A DNA stretch of 64,000 nucleotides from Podarcis bocagei (lineage: Eukaryota): NCBI GenBank assembly GCA_964188305.1, contig OZ076885.1; one strand, written 5' to 3'. The position numbers and the translations under genes are program-made. The notes under the pieces were generated by a model. It saw nothing but the letters and a program-made list of their open reading frames with translations, did not search any database and had not been told where the DNA came from. This document shows, one piece after another, positions 1 to 11,945 of this stretch (its first letter is position 1; each line of letters starts with the position of its first letter).

Positions 1-290
1 TAGCTTGTTATGTCTGTCTGTTGTCCCACCGGCGTATGACACTATGAATTTCTATTCATGTTATGTATTTCACGCTTCATAGAACTTTGAAGAAGCATTA
101 GCTTTGCAGTGCTTCTTCAAAAATGAAACTCATTTGAAACAGCTAAATCATCCCATTTTATGAAATCAGAACCAAAGTATAATGGCTTGTGGAAGACTGG
201 GAACTGGGGGGTTTATGCTTATAGTGAGATTTGATCAGATGTGTTGCATATACTAGTCAAACACAGTAACATCATACCAACTTAACATTC

Positions 291-886
291 TGTGATGCAG
301 CAGCAAAAAAGCTAATGCTATTCTAGGCTGCATCATCAGAAGTCTAGTGTCCTGATCAACTGAAATGATATTCTCAACCTATTCTGCCTTGGTCAGACCA
401 CACCTGGAGTACTGTGTCTAGATCTGGGCAGCACAATTTAAGAAGGATATTGACAAGCTGGAACATGTGCACAGGAGGAGGGCAAACAAGATGATAAAAG
501 GTCTGGAAACCAAGCCTCATGATGAACAGTCGAGGGAATTCAATATATTTAGCATGGTAAAGAGAAGATATGGTAGCCATTTTCAGATATCTAAAGGGCT
601 GACACATGGAAGATGGAGCAAGCTTGTTTTCTCCTTGTCCAGAGGCTAGGATCTGAACCAATAGCTTCAAGTCACAAGAAAAGAGATTCTGATACCTTCA
701 GGAAGAACTTTCCGACAGTAAGGGCTGTTTGACAGTGGAATGGACTACCTTGGAATGTGGTGGACTCTCCTTCCTTGGAGGTTTTAAGCAGAGGTTAGGA
801 GGCCATCTGTCATGGATGTTCTAGTTGAGATTCCTGTATTGCAGGGGGTTGGACTAGATGACCCTACAATTCTGTGACTGTATGAT
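291..886 (+). mobile_element. CR1 LINE 3' fragment
   Basis: Degenerate RT C-terminus (LVRPHLEYCV...FKKDIDKLE) and CR1-type 3' end GGTTGGACTAGATGACC...ATTCTGTG. Confidence 0.85.
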
Positions 887-1155
887 CACTCGAAGCATGG
901 AGTTTGTACTGAGAGAACAGGAGGGCAGATCTCTTTCACAAAAGATAAAGGTGTGACCTTGCATGATTGAGTTGCTGTGAAGCTGCACTGCTTCCTGACT
1001 CTTCAAAGGTCTGCCATGAGCATATGATTAGAATGTTGCAGTAATATATTTGCTGATCACATCTTTCTTCCTTTTAGTGCACAGAGTACACCAAAATCTT
1101 TTTCATTAAAGAAGTGCATGTGAATAACCAACCATTTAAGAAATGGTGGCATTTC

Positions 1156-2273
1156 TTTTTTTTTAAAAAAAATCATTTTTATTAACTGGCCAATCACATC
1201 AAATCAAATCACATCACATAAATTCCGAATTACAAAGCCGAATTTTAAATTTTGTTGAGGGAACCCATATTTCAAGATCCGAAGGGGGATTCTGATCATC
1301 TTCTTGCTACTGCGTTAATGTCCAAATCAGTCCAAACAAAGTTCATAATTCTATCCAGACTTATCTTGCTGTTTCCACATCACATCTTGTTCATATATTT
1401 TCTCTTTTTTCTTTATGATCTCTTCTGATAGTCTCCTTAAGCCGATAAACACCAATAATAATCCTGTGTGAATTTTTCCGTTCTTCCAGTCCTCAAATCA
1501 AGATGGTTTCCATATATCATCGCCTTCATAGATAACAGTGCTCTTTCCATCATTAATTACAGAACTGTCGTTCTTAAGTCCCACTGAGGAGTTTCATCCA
1601 CAATATAAAAACAGCTCTATTTCTCTATTTCTCCTCTCAGACTTAAGTCCTCCGACAGAACTTCCCAATATGGTGACGGTATTTTTAACTGCGTCATTCC
1701 AAAGCCCTTATACATTCCACGCTCTTCTTAAAACATGCTCTGGTTCAAAAGTTTATCTCCACACAGCCTTAAATCCACAGCTTAAGTCCTTAAAATGACA
1801 TTTCTGACTTGTTGGTTGGTTGGGATTCTTGTTTAATCACATAAAGGAAAGAAAGGAAGGTTTTTCCCCCCCTCCCCCATCAGTCCCTTTGCCATACCAA
1901 GTCTTGGCGTATCTTCTCATGATCTATACTTGTTCCTCCGACTCGTCTTGTTTTATCAGAGATCTCTTCTGTTAGCAGTCTTTACTCCCCCTTCTTCCTT
2001 GAAATATATTTCTTTTGAAGTTCTTGCAGCTAGTGGCGCTATCAGAGATGGCGTCCAGGAGTGCCGAAATCCCACAGGACGGCATTGTGCCTAGTGCCCC
2101 CATCCCCACAAATTCGGGGGTGGTATAGGGCACAGCAGGCAAGGGCAGTCCCCCACCATAATCCTGGGGGGGTAGGGAGGCTATTTACTCCCATCACAGC
2201 CTCCAATTTACCTCATGTGGGTCGGAGAGATGTTATTGTCAGCCATCTTCTGATGCGCCCCTAGTGGTCCCTC
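1156..2273 (-). mobile_element. ~1.1-kb non-coding polyadenylated retroposon with 18-bp TSD (L1-type mobilisation)
   Basis: TSD AAGAAATGGTGGCATTTC at 1138-1155 and 2274-2291; minus-strand AATAAA and short A tail at the left end; GC-rich 5' end with AAGATGGC. Confidence 0.75.
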
Positions 2274-3361
2274 AAGAAATGGTGGCATTTCAGCTCTGTT
2301 TTGAAGTTCAGTTGAGGTCTTTGAAGCATAGGAACTCTGTTAATACATAGCCCTTTACTATTGATCCACCAGAAAATCCTTACAATAAGGTTAATTCTGC
2401 ATTGCCTATTACCCGAATACCTACTAACTGTTGATCTAAGTAAGAAGGTGTTATTTACTGCTATGTTGTTTGCTTATACTATTTTGCTCACCTATATTGT
2501 TGTTAATTTTCTTATTCATATCCATTTCATTTGGGAGGCTTGCATCCAATAACTTTGGAGGGCAACTGATTTCAAAGAACACGGAAAATTGCCTGATTGG
2601 GTCATGGTGATTTATCTTGTGATAAATATGTATTAGAAAAACTGAAATGTGCTGTAGGTGGTCTGCAGTCAGTATTGGGGATTAACTACTTGACAGTTAC
2701 TTGAACATTTTAAAAGTTGCATTATTTCAGTCAAGTGTTAATGGAAGGCTGCTAGCTCAGCAGGTATTTTTTGAGAACAGAAGGAATTTACTTTTATTTC
2801 TTCCCAAAAAGCCATTAATGCTTCTGTTGGCATGGAACTGTGAAGCATTTTACCATCTCATTCAAAAAGAAAAGGTTTTCATAATTCATATCGCTTCTGC
2901 CTAAGCCCCTTTTTGTGAGTTGAAGGGAAAAAAATGAGTGTATAAATAAGAAAAGAGGTTATAAAGTAACTATTAATGCTGCCTCAGCTTATATGTGAAT
3001 TTCATCTTTGGGCACTTGTTCTCAAGACAGAAATAGTTTTGGGTTTGGGAGGAGACAAAACAATAAGAGTTTTGTAGGAAGTCTGAAGAGTTGACACATA
3101 ATATTAATTTTCAAAAGGAAATGGGCATGTCTCCAATAAATGAGTGAAAGCAAATGGAAAAGTCTAATCATAAGTGCAGTCTCTCCTAGTAACACAAAAC
3201 TAGGATTTTTATTGATTTATTATATTTATAGAACAGCCATGATAAATGCAATGCAGAAGGATCCCAAGATGGGCTCCCACCAGTGAGCTCACTGGATCCA
3301 GTCCGGCTTAGCTTGAGCAAGGTGGTTGCCTTCAGACAACATTGAAAGCAGGTTCTCAGAA

Positions 3362-3495
3362 GAGGGGCAGCCAACATGGTGCCCTCCAGATGTTGTTGGA
3401 CTACAACTCCCATAATTTCTGATCACTGGCCATGTTGGTTTGGGCTGATGACAGTTGGAGTCCAACAACATGTGGAGGGCATCATGTTGGTTGCT
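3362..3495. mobile_element. Palindromic ~130-bp hAT-like MITE (GGACTACAACTCCCA family)
   Basis: Imperfect inverted repeat. Related copies at ~7627-7768, ~27110-27527 (split by a SINE), ~37936-38059, 38466-38592, 46731-46867, 46895-47024, ~60080-60190. Confidence 0.7.
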
Positions 3496-4627
3496 TTAGA
3501 TGCTGTGGTGGCACCCAGGTTCCAGACAAACTTTGTTCATTAACATCCCATGTTTTCCCCACAGTGGATGAGGCAATTGTATTCAAGCACGCCAACAGCT
3601 ACTGCTTGCCGCAAGCTAATGTATTGTATTCTTATAATTCATCCTAGGTTCTTAGGGTGAAGGGTGGGATCATCACCATCACCATAGTAATGATATCTGT
3701 CAATTTTGGTTTGCAAGGCTGATTCTGATAAGGATCTTACCTGTGGAGTCAAAAAGGTTCCCTACCCCTGAAGTAAATGGAAGCAGTCAGGGTTTTAAAG
3801 AACCGTTGTGAGATTAGACCTGGTAGCCAATCCAATAAATGATTACATTTCTGGGATAGTATTAGGATGCTGGTCCTACTCGGAGAAGAGCCATTGCATT
3901 TTAATGGCTATGACTGTTAACTTTGATGGGTTTACTCTGAGTAGGACTTTGTTAAATGCAACCCCTAGTCTTTTTGTTTTTGTTTTTAATGACTTACTGT
4001 CATTGAACCGAAAGAAGCAGATTGTGATGAAACTACACCCTGTTGCTCCTCATTCCTTGTATTGTATTGCCTACCGGTAACTGGTTTTAGAGAGAACCTA
4101 CCCTGCACACTGAATTGCTGAAACATGTTGACTACATTTTTCTTTAACATATAAAAGGACACCTATTTGTTTCCTTGCTGGAGTTGTTCCATGGACCTAA
4201 CATGGTGTAGCTTGTGCCTTAAAATACCTTAAAATATTTGGCTATGGTATTGTATCACAGCCTTGATGTGCCCTTTGTGGGTGGGAAAGTGTACCTTATT
4301 AGGCAGCAATCATGAAAAGCTTGTCAAGACGGGAGGATAGAATTGCAAGTTTTGATATGCCCATGTGGATGAATACCCTTCCAACGTATCTTGGAGCTGG
4401 CAGGTGCTTCATGCTTTGCTTCCACAAAGTAATGATAAACAATGTGACATCATTATTCCACCTAACCCTATTTATTTTTACCTTTTTTGGTGAGTATATC
4501 AAACAAAGACTACTAATGCAGGAAAACACTCTTCTAATACTTTGGATTGGTTCAGAATTGTGAGGTGCAGGCTTAAAACATCTTTTCCCCTTGTAATGTA
4601 TGTCTCCACCCAGATGGTCCAATTGTG

Positions 4628-4628
<1 letters not shown>

Positions 4629-4660
<32 letters not shown>

Positions 4661-4686
4661 TGCGTGCGTGCGTGCGTGCGTGTGTG
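4629..4686. repeat. (TG)n(CGTG)n compound microsatellite
   Basis: Directly visible. Confidence 0.95.
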
Positions 4687-5557
4687 CTCTTATGCAATGA
4701 TTTTTCTCAGAATGTTGAGTGTAATTCTGTTCATTGCATTATAGGATTGGATATTACTCAGCAATTTCTGGAGGAACCTGATATTTTCTTTATTTTGAGA
4801 CCTCTGTGCTATTTCCATTTGTAGTTAGCATTCCTTTTTCTTCTCTGGTATGTTGATGGTTTCCCACCAACACCACCCACCTTATTTGTTAGCTAGTAAA
4901 TTGATGTATTCTTGGGTACTATAGGTTGAAGCACCTGCAACTCCATCTCAGATACTAGTTGCATTTGTAATTAGTCAATTATCTTTCACTATAAAGAGAA
5001 GGATTTATCTTTTTCCTGCTTCATGCATATGCAAGACAGTATTGTTTTGTTCAGGAAGTTGCAATACACTTCATGTTCCTAAACAACTGAAGTTTAGTAT
5101 GTTGTTTTGAATAACTCCTCCTGGTCTTATCTCTTCATGCTGCATCACTGGAAGTGTGTCTTTGGGTTATGTGCTTCTTCTTCATTCCTTATTTCACAGA
5201 GAAGGCAACGCCTGAATCAGGGATTTCAATGTGTTTAAATAAATGTAAGATTTCCTAGTTTAGGTGCTAACTTTTTATGCATGTGAGAAAGTGTCTGAGC
5301 TCAAAAAGCTACCCTGATTTTATCAACGCATAGAAGCAAGATCATATAAGGATTGTCTGAATACCCCCATGTTTGCATACATTTCAGTTCTCCCTGCATT
5401 TCCCAAAACACCTGTTTCTCCCACCTTGTGGTTTCAAAATGCCTACATTGCTTGCTTTGAAAATCATTGTTGTTGTTGTTATCATCATCATTATTATTAT
5501 TGCATTTTAAGGGCCAGAGCTCACCACAGTTGCTGACTTTGGTTTCATAGCAAGTTA

Positions 5558-5817
5558 CCGTATTTTTTGCTCTATAAGATGCACCAGACCATAAGACGCA
5601 CCTAGTTTTTAGAGGAGGAAAACAAGAAAAAAATATATTCTGAATCTCAGAAGCCAGAACAACAAGAGGGATTGCTGTGCAGCGAAAGCAGCAATCCCTC
5701 TTGCTGTTCTGGATTCTGGGATAGCTGCGCAGCCTGCATTCGCTCCATAAGACGCACACACATTTCCCCTTACTTTTTAGGAGGGAAAAAGTGAGTCTTA
5801 TAGAGCAAAAAATACGG
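5558..5817. mobile_element. Tc1/mariner-pogo-type MITE (TIR CCGTATTTTT, TA TSD)
   Basis: TA|CCGTATTTTTTGCTCTATAAGA...TCTTATAGAGCAAAAAATACGG|TA, with an internal hairpin. Confidence 0.85.
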
Positions 5818-6072
5818 TAAATTTAATGCTGCATAGGAAGCTGAGGAGGAGGAAATATGAGGTAGAATGCCTGAGCCTGCATCTGGTTTCTGATCCTCCA
5901 GACCACTGAACCAGAACCAGTGCCTGGCAGACAGCCCCATACGCTACCTGCAGCAGAAAGTGAGAAGTAAGAATGGTTCCTATTGCAAAGGATAGTGAAA
6001 GTGAATATTACCTCCTTGAAATTTTGCATCTTCTCCTGCAATCTTCAAGCTACTCTTTTCAGCCAGATCTCT

Positions 6073-6075
<3 letters not shown>

Positions 6076-6140
<65 letters not shown>
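6076..6140. repeat. (GT)n(GA)n compound microsatellite
   Basis: Directly visible. Confidence 0.95.
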
Positions 6141-6144
<4 letters not shown>

Positions 6145-8669
6145 ATTTCTTTCTCCCTTGTTGCAGGGTGGGGAGTCCTTCTAGAAATTATAAATAGAAA
6201 GGCCTTTTTCTATTCAAGCCCATGACAGAAAAATCTATAATGAATCTGTTGCAAACTTCTCTTTGAATTAGCTTGCAGATTGTGTACTGAAGGACAAGTA
6301 TAGGACTCAGCTAAATTAGTGACCCTACATAGGCTTTTTATGCTTGCTAAAGCCATAGTCAAAATGTTAGCTGTCCAGCTCAAACTCATCAGATATTGGC
6401 TTCAATTATGTTTCTTAATTGTTGGGAATCTGATTGAATTGACAGCAATCATTGTTGTTACCAAGACTTGCCTTTTCAGTTCTCCCTCCTGTAGTTCCAA
6501 GGACTTTGAGGCAGAGAGGTCAGTGCCCTTCAAGCAAAGCCCCATTTATTGTCCTTGATACACTACCTTCATGATAACTTCCAGCTGAGTCAATATTATT
6601 TGCAAACAAGCCTTGACATGTTGCTTTGATACATCTGGTGCTCTGTGTGTGTTATGTTTTATTTAAGCATTCCTGTTATGACCTGAGCTTTGTCATAGCA
6701 TAAAAGCTATGTATGCAAGTACTTAACAGTAGCATTCTATCTCCTTGGTTTGGTATTAATTTTGTGTACTCTTCTTTTGCTGCCTACACTGTGCTATAGT
6801 TTGTCTACAATTACATTTTAACTAAAGCTTGAACCATTTTAATATGCTAGGAGATGTGTTGGTTGGAAATGGTTATACTTGTGCCTTGAGGTGATATTCT
6901 CAAGCTAAAGAGTCCCTTCACATTTTATATAGCACAACTCTTCTGAAAGACCCCCCAAGGAGACAATGGGTGCAGAAAACTATTGCTGCTATGCTGCCAT
7001 TGCCGAAACAAAGCAGGCACACTAATGTGCCATTCTGGAGGTCATAATTGAATCAAGTTTTCCACCACCTATATTTAGTACCAAATCTAAAACACTACAA
7101 ATGAACACTTAACATATAAAATGCAGGGCTGGAGAGAGTGTAATTGAGTTACACTGTCACCCAGCTAACCAGCACCATGCCTAGATGTTCAGATGAAAAT
7201 AAAACTTCAGGGCCTTCTGAAAAGACTGCAGTGTAGCGAGGGATTTGGTTTATATCTGCTCCTTTCGTCGGTGCAGATTTAGAGTGTAGAACTGCAGGAG
7301 TTACTCCATGGAACCCCTAGAGTTGGAAGAGACTCTGAGGGTTATATAGTCCAACTTCCTGCAACCTGCAGTTCCCCATCCAATTTGAAACCATACTGGA
7401 CCCTGCTTAGCTTTCCAAATGTGCTAGCAGTTTTATTGCTGCACCACTAGGAGGCATTCCACTGATTTAGTCCTTGTGTTAGTGAACAACATTAGATAAC
7501 ATCCTGGATTAATAATTTGGGGTGGGGGAGCAGGCTGAGTTCTTTGCAGTAGTAGAGGAGAGTGTGGTTGGGTAGTGATTGAATCAACTGCCTGAGTTAT
7601 TTCTGCTTTGCACAGATGGACTATTGTAGGAATGAAGAACCTGTGGCCTGCCAGATAAATGTTGGACTCCAGCTTCCATCAGCCTAAAACAGCATGACCA
7701 GTGGTCATGGATGGTGGGAGATGTAGTCCACAACATCTGGGGGGGGGGGCTGCAGGTTCCTCATCCTTGGTTTACTCATGAGAGCCAAACATGTCCATCA
7801 GCCACCAGGGGCAGGGCATTTTAATAGGCACACCACACCTGCAAATGTTAGAAACATCTATGAACCTAAACCTCACAAGGAAATGGGCTGGCTGACCATG
7901 ACACTGAAATGAAAAAGAGCTTCCTACTACCAAATCATCAAACTTATGTTTAATCAAGAACATGAGGTCAAGGTATGCAATATGTGGTCAGGCTGATAGT
8001 CATGGGGCTGTCCCAACATGGGATGGGAAGATCATCAAAAGCCACTATCCTTTGTCCTCTGCACAAAGTCCCATGTGTATACACAAACTTCTCACACATG
8101 ACTTTTGGAATCACATGAGGACTGGGTAGAGCCAGATAACAAGGAGAAAGAAATCTCTGGTGTTCAGATCCCAAGGTTCTGACCAACATCCCGTTTCTCT
8201 ATTTCTATACCCATAATAATGTGTGCCACTGTAAAAGCATGTGCTCCATGCAGTGATAATAGGGAATGCAGCCTTAAAATGAATTAAGCTTGCATCTGTG
8301 TTCTGAGGTTTGTCAAACATTTGACTCTCAACTGCACATTGAATGATTGCTGTACTTCAGTTTAACAAATAGGTTAATTGCATTTCTGCTTAGGAATTTG
8401 GCTGTGCTTAATTATAAATGATGAGGAATTATTTCCATTTTTAATTCTTAACAACCTGTTCTGTTTGAGCACAATTGCTGCACATTCAGTTTTATTCCTA
8501 CCTGGTTGTATGGCCTGCTTCTAATTCTCCGTTTTTGCGGGCCGGGGGAGAAAAGGCAGTGCTTATTTTTAGAATTCAGTTGGGATTTGGGTGGTGATCC
8601 ATCTGCACAGCCAGTTGAGATGAAGTGTGAATATGTTATGAGGTGTGCTACAATTATTGAATCATATTG

Positions 8670-8673
<4 letters not shown>

Positions 8674-8715
<42 letters not shown>
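8674..8715. repeat. (TC)n microsatellite forming the exon 3 polypyrimidine tract
   Basis: Runs directly into the acceptor AG at 8716-8717. Confidence 0.95.
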
Positions 8716-8717
<2 letters not shown>

Positions 8718-8794
8718 ATCTCATTAATGGAGCCCAGGAACAGTGTGAATTGCCTCCCATGGATGGCTTCCCCCACTGTGAGGGCAAAATAAAA
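8718..8794 (+). CDS. MGAT5: MGAT5 coding exon 3 (DLINGAQEQCELPPMDGFPHCEGKIK)
   Basis: cag|AT...AAA|gtaag, 77 bp; homologous to human DIINGAQEKCVLPPMDGYPHCEGKIK. Confidence 0.96.
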
Positions 8795-9159
8795 GTAAGA
8801 CTAATTTCCTATTGCATTTATTTGTTGAGTGGGCCAATGGTCTGATTTGATATAAGACAGCTTCCTAGCCTGAAAAAGCCCCATATATAGAATGGTGTGT
8901 AGAACAGATCTTGGACCACTTACATCGTGTGCACAGCAGTAAACTATATATTGATGCCTTGACTAACACTGAGATTATTCTACATGTCCATGCATGAAAT
9001 ATTAACATAATGTAATAATTAATGGCCACAGCTGACTTTGCTGATCTCAGACGCTGCTTTCTACCAGTTCACCCATATTATATATGTATGGTTGGTATTG
9101 TAGTTAGGCTTATAAACCCCATATCTGTTGACTGTATGTGTGTGTTTTTTATCTTCCAG

Positions 9160-9249
9160 TGGATGAAAGATATGTGGCGATCTGATCCTTGTTACGCAAG
9201 TTACGGTGTGGATGGATCCACATGCTCCTTCTTTATTTACCTCAGTGAG
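9160..9249 (+). CDS. MGAT5: MGAT5 coding exon 4 (WMKDMWRSDPCY...FIYLSE)
   Basis: ccag|TGG...GAG|gtcagt, 90 bp. Confidence 0.97.
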
Positions 9250-10224
9250 GTCAGTAAATTTGTATTGCGACTGATATGTAGAGCTGTTTAAAAATCCCAA
9301 TGACTGATTGGATTTTAAAATAAAATTTCAAGCAGTAATCATTTAGCACTATAAATAATAATTAACGCTAACCACAATTTAACCCCATAGGCCCCATGAT
9401 AGTGGGGAGAGGCAAAGTGGCTCGGTACAGAGTTTTTTAGTAACCTTTAACTGCGATTTAGATCGGTGGGCAAAAAAGTAATTAGTCTTGCCCTTTGATA
9501 TGCACACTGCATTGTTCTTATCATAGTCTGCATAATTATGACCAATAGGTTTCATTTTTCCAGCAGTATGTTACCGTTTGTACTTTATAACACCTGTGAG
9601 ATGAAAAATGTCCCCCCCCTTTATTTCTCTCCAGTATAACTCCCTGCATATTCAAAGTACAGGCTGACTATGAGTTATCCTGGGTAAACTCTTAAATTTT
9701 GTAGCACTTTAAAGATTTGTTCCCTTTTAAGGAAGGTCTTTCCTTAATAGAATTTAACTGTCTTTGAATCATCAGCATTTCCTGCTGATGTAGCTAATGA
9801 AGAACATAGAATTCTTCTTTTAAATTATGAAAATGCTATGTGCATACTGTGTGTCATAGTAATTCTCCTCTCCCCCCCCCCTCAAAATGGCATATTCTCT
9901 CAGCATTCAAGAGGTAATGAAAGGCCAAAACATATTCTTAGAGCAAGTTAGCTTGTTAATATCTCCCTCACCTCAGGAGGTATCATAGTGTTTCCTGGCA
10001 TGTGTCAGTGAGTATTACCGGTATCTTTTTATAGACATGCTAATTAAGCTCAGTATAGATGATGGAACAAATACAGTTCACAAGAGAATGCCAGCAAAGG
10101 AGTGCCATAACTTGGGTGAAAACAGATTTTTAGAAGATCAGTACATCCAGTATTGGTGGCTATTGATCAGCTTGTGGCTTAACGTCTAAACTGTTGCTCA
10201 TTAGATTTACAGTCTATCTTACTA

Positions 10225-10472
10225 CAGTGGTACCTTGGGTTACATATGCTTCAGGTTACATACACTGTAACTTTAGGTTACAGACTCCGCTAACCCAGAA
10301 ATATTACCTTGGGTTAAGAACTTTGCTGCAGGATGAGAACAGAAATCGGGCGGTGGCGGGGCGGCAGCAACGGGAGGCCCCATTAGCTAAAGTGGTGCTT
10401 CAGGTTAAGGACAGTTTCAGGTTAAGAACGGACCTCCGGAACGAATTAAGTACGTAACCAGAGGTACCACTG
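10225..10472. mobile_element. Tc1/mariner MITE (TIR CAGTGGTACC, TA TSD)
   Basis: TA|CAGTGGTACC...GGTACCACTG|TA. Confidence 0.88.
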
Positions 10473-10689
10473 TAATAGGTTCTGGGTGAGTTAAAATGGT
10501 TTGAAGAAAGAGATGGAACATGCAGTCCCAGTGGACCTCAACAGTGGCTCTTGCTGTCATTTGTTGGCTACCAGCTTACACTGGGCAGCACACACTCTCA
10601 CAATTAAAAGAAAATAAAAGCATTCTAGAACAGTTACAACATTGTAAAAAGATTCACAATTAAAAACACGATTTCATCCGGTGATCTCA

Positions 10690-11050
10690 GGGTCGCCAGG
10701 TGTACAGTATTCTTCGGCCATTATTTAGGAACGTTTTCAAATTCCTCCTCACTATGATGCACCTCACTAGAGGAGGGCATTCCACAAATGGGGAACCACC
10801 AATGAAAAGTCCCTTTTACATGTCATTGCCAACGAAGCATCCCCTATTGGTGGCATCAACAGCAAGGACTGACCTGCAGATCATAGGGTACAGGGTGTTT
10901 GATACTGAGGAAAGAACTCTTTTAGGTACTTGGATCCTAAGCCATTTAGGGTTGCATATGCTAGGACTAACACATTGAATTAGGCCCAGTAGCTCCCTGG
11001 CAGCCAGTGCAGTACTTTCATGACCTGTGACACATGGTCCCATTGGGCTG
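10690..11050 (-). mobile_element. Degenerate L2 LINE 3' fragment
   Basis: GGAGGGCATTCCAC...ACCACCAATGAAAAGTCCC pattern typical of antisense L2 RT ends; boundaries approximate. Confidence 0.55.
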
Positions 11051-11719
11051 CCATTGCCTTGTGATACTACTTCTTAAGAGTACTGGGTTCCATTTATTTG
11101 GTGGTGAAAGCTGGTAATCAACTATTGCATGAAGCTTCATTGTTCAACATCTATAAATATATCACACACAGATACTTCTGCAGGGATAATAGAAAGACAG
11201 AATTGCAGTGGAAAATTATTTTGAATATGTTCTTTTAGAGTGTAGGAGTAGCATATTCTCAACCAGTTCAGATCGGAGAGTAATTTTGCGTTTGCTCATC
11301 TCATTTTTCTAAAAAGCAAGATGTTATGATAAGGCTATAAATATATAAGTTTGTGGAGCAAGTGTTTTAACCTCATCAGTTACACTTTTTAGACTTATTT
11401 TCTATGTTGTGTATTGTTGAAAAGATTTTTCTTTACCAGAGTCCATTACCCCATTTTTAGGGTGATTGTAAGAACTGAAATCTGGGAGAGGTGCATATAA
11501 GTGTTCTGTGATACCTACAGTAGTATTATATGACCTAACATGTTGGCTAGGGGAACACCCTATATACTTCCATTTTGTGCAAGGCCATTATATACAATAG
11601 GTTAGAGCTATGCAGACAATGGGGCAAAATGTTGTTTATAACACCCAATTCACCACCAGTGCTCTCAGCCATCTTGTAACTATTGATGGAGAAAAAAGAT
11701 GTCAAGGCCTAGTGATATA

Positions 11720-11945
11720 CAGTGGTACCTCAGGTTAAGTACTTAATTCGTTCTGGAGGTCCGTTCTTAACCTGAAACTGTTCTTAACCTGAAGCACCAC
11801 TTTAGCTAATGGGGCCTCCTGCTGCCGCCGTGCTGCCGGAGCACAATTTCTGTTCTCATCCTGAAGCAAAGTTCTTAACCCGAGATACTATTTCTGGGTT
11901 AATGGAGTCTGTAACCTGAAGCGTATGTAACCCGAGGTACCACTG
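11720..11945. mobile_element. Second CAGTGGTACC MITE, inverted relative to 10225-10472
   Basis: Same TIRs and TA TSD; internal sequence is the reverse complement of the first copy. Confidence 0.88.

Noticed and set aside
1-8717. Search for MGAT5 coding exons 1-2
   Set aside because: No matching peptide seen; the window starts within intron 2.
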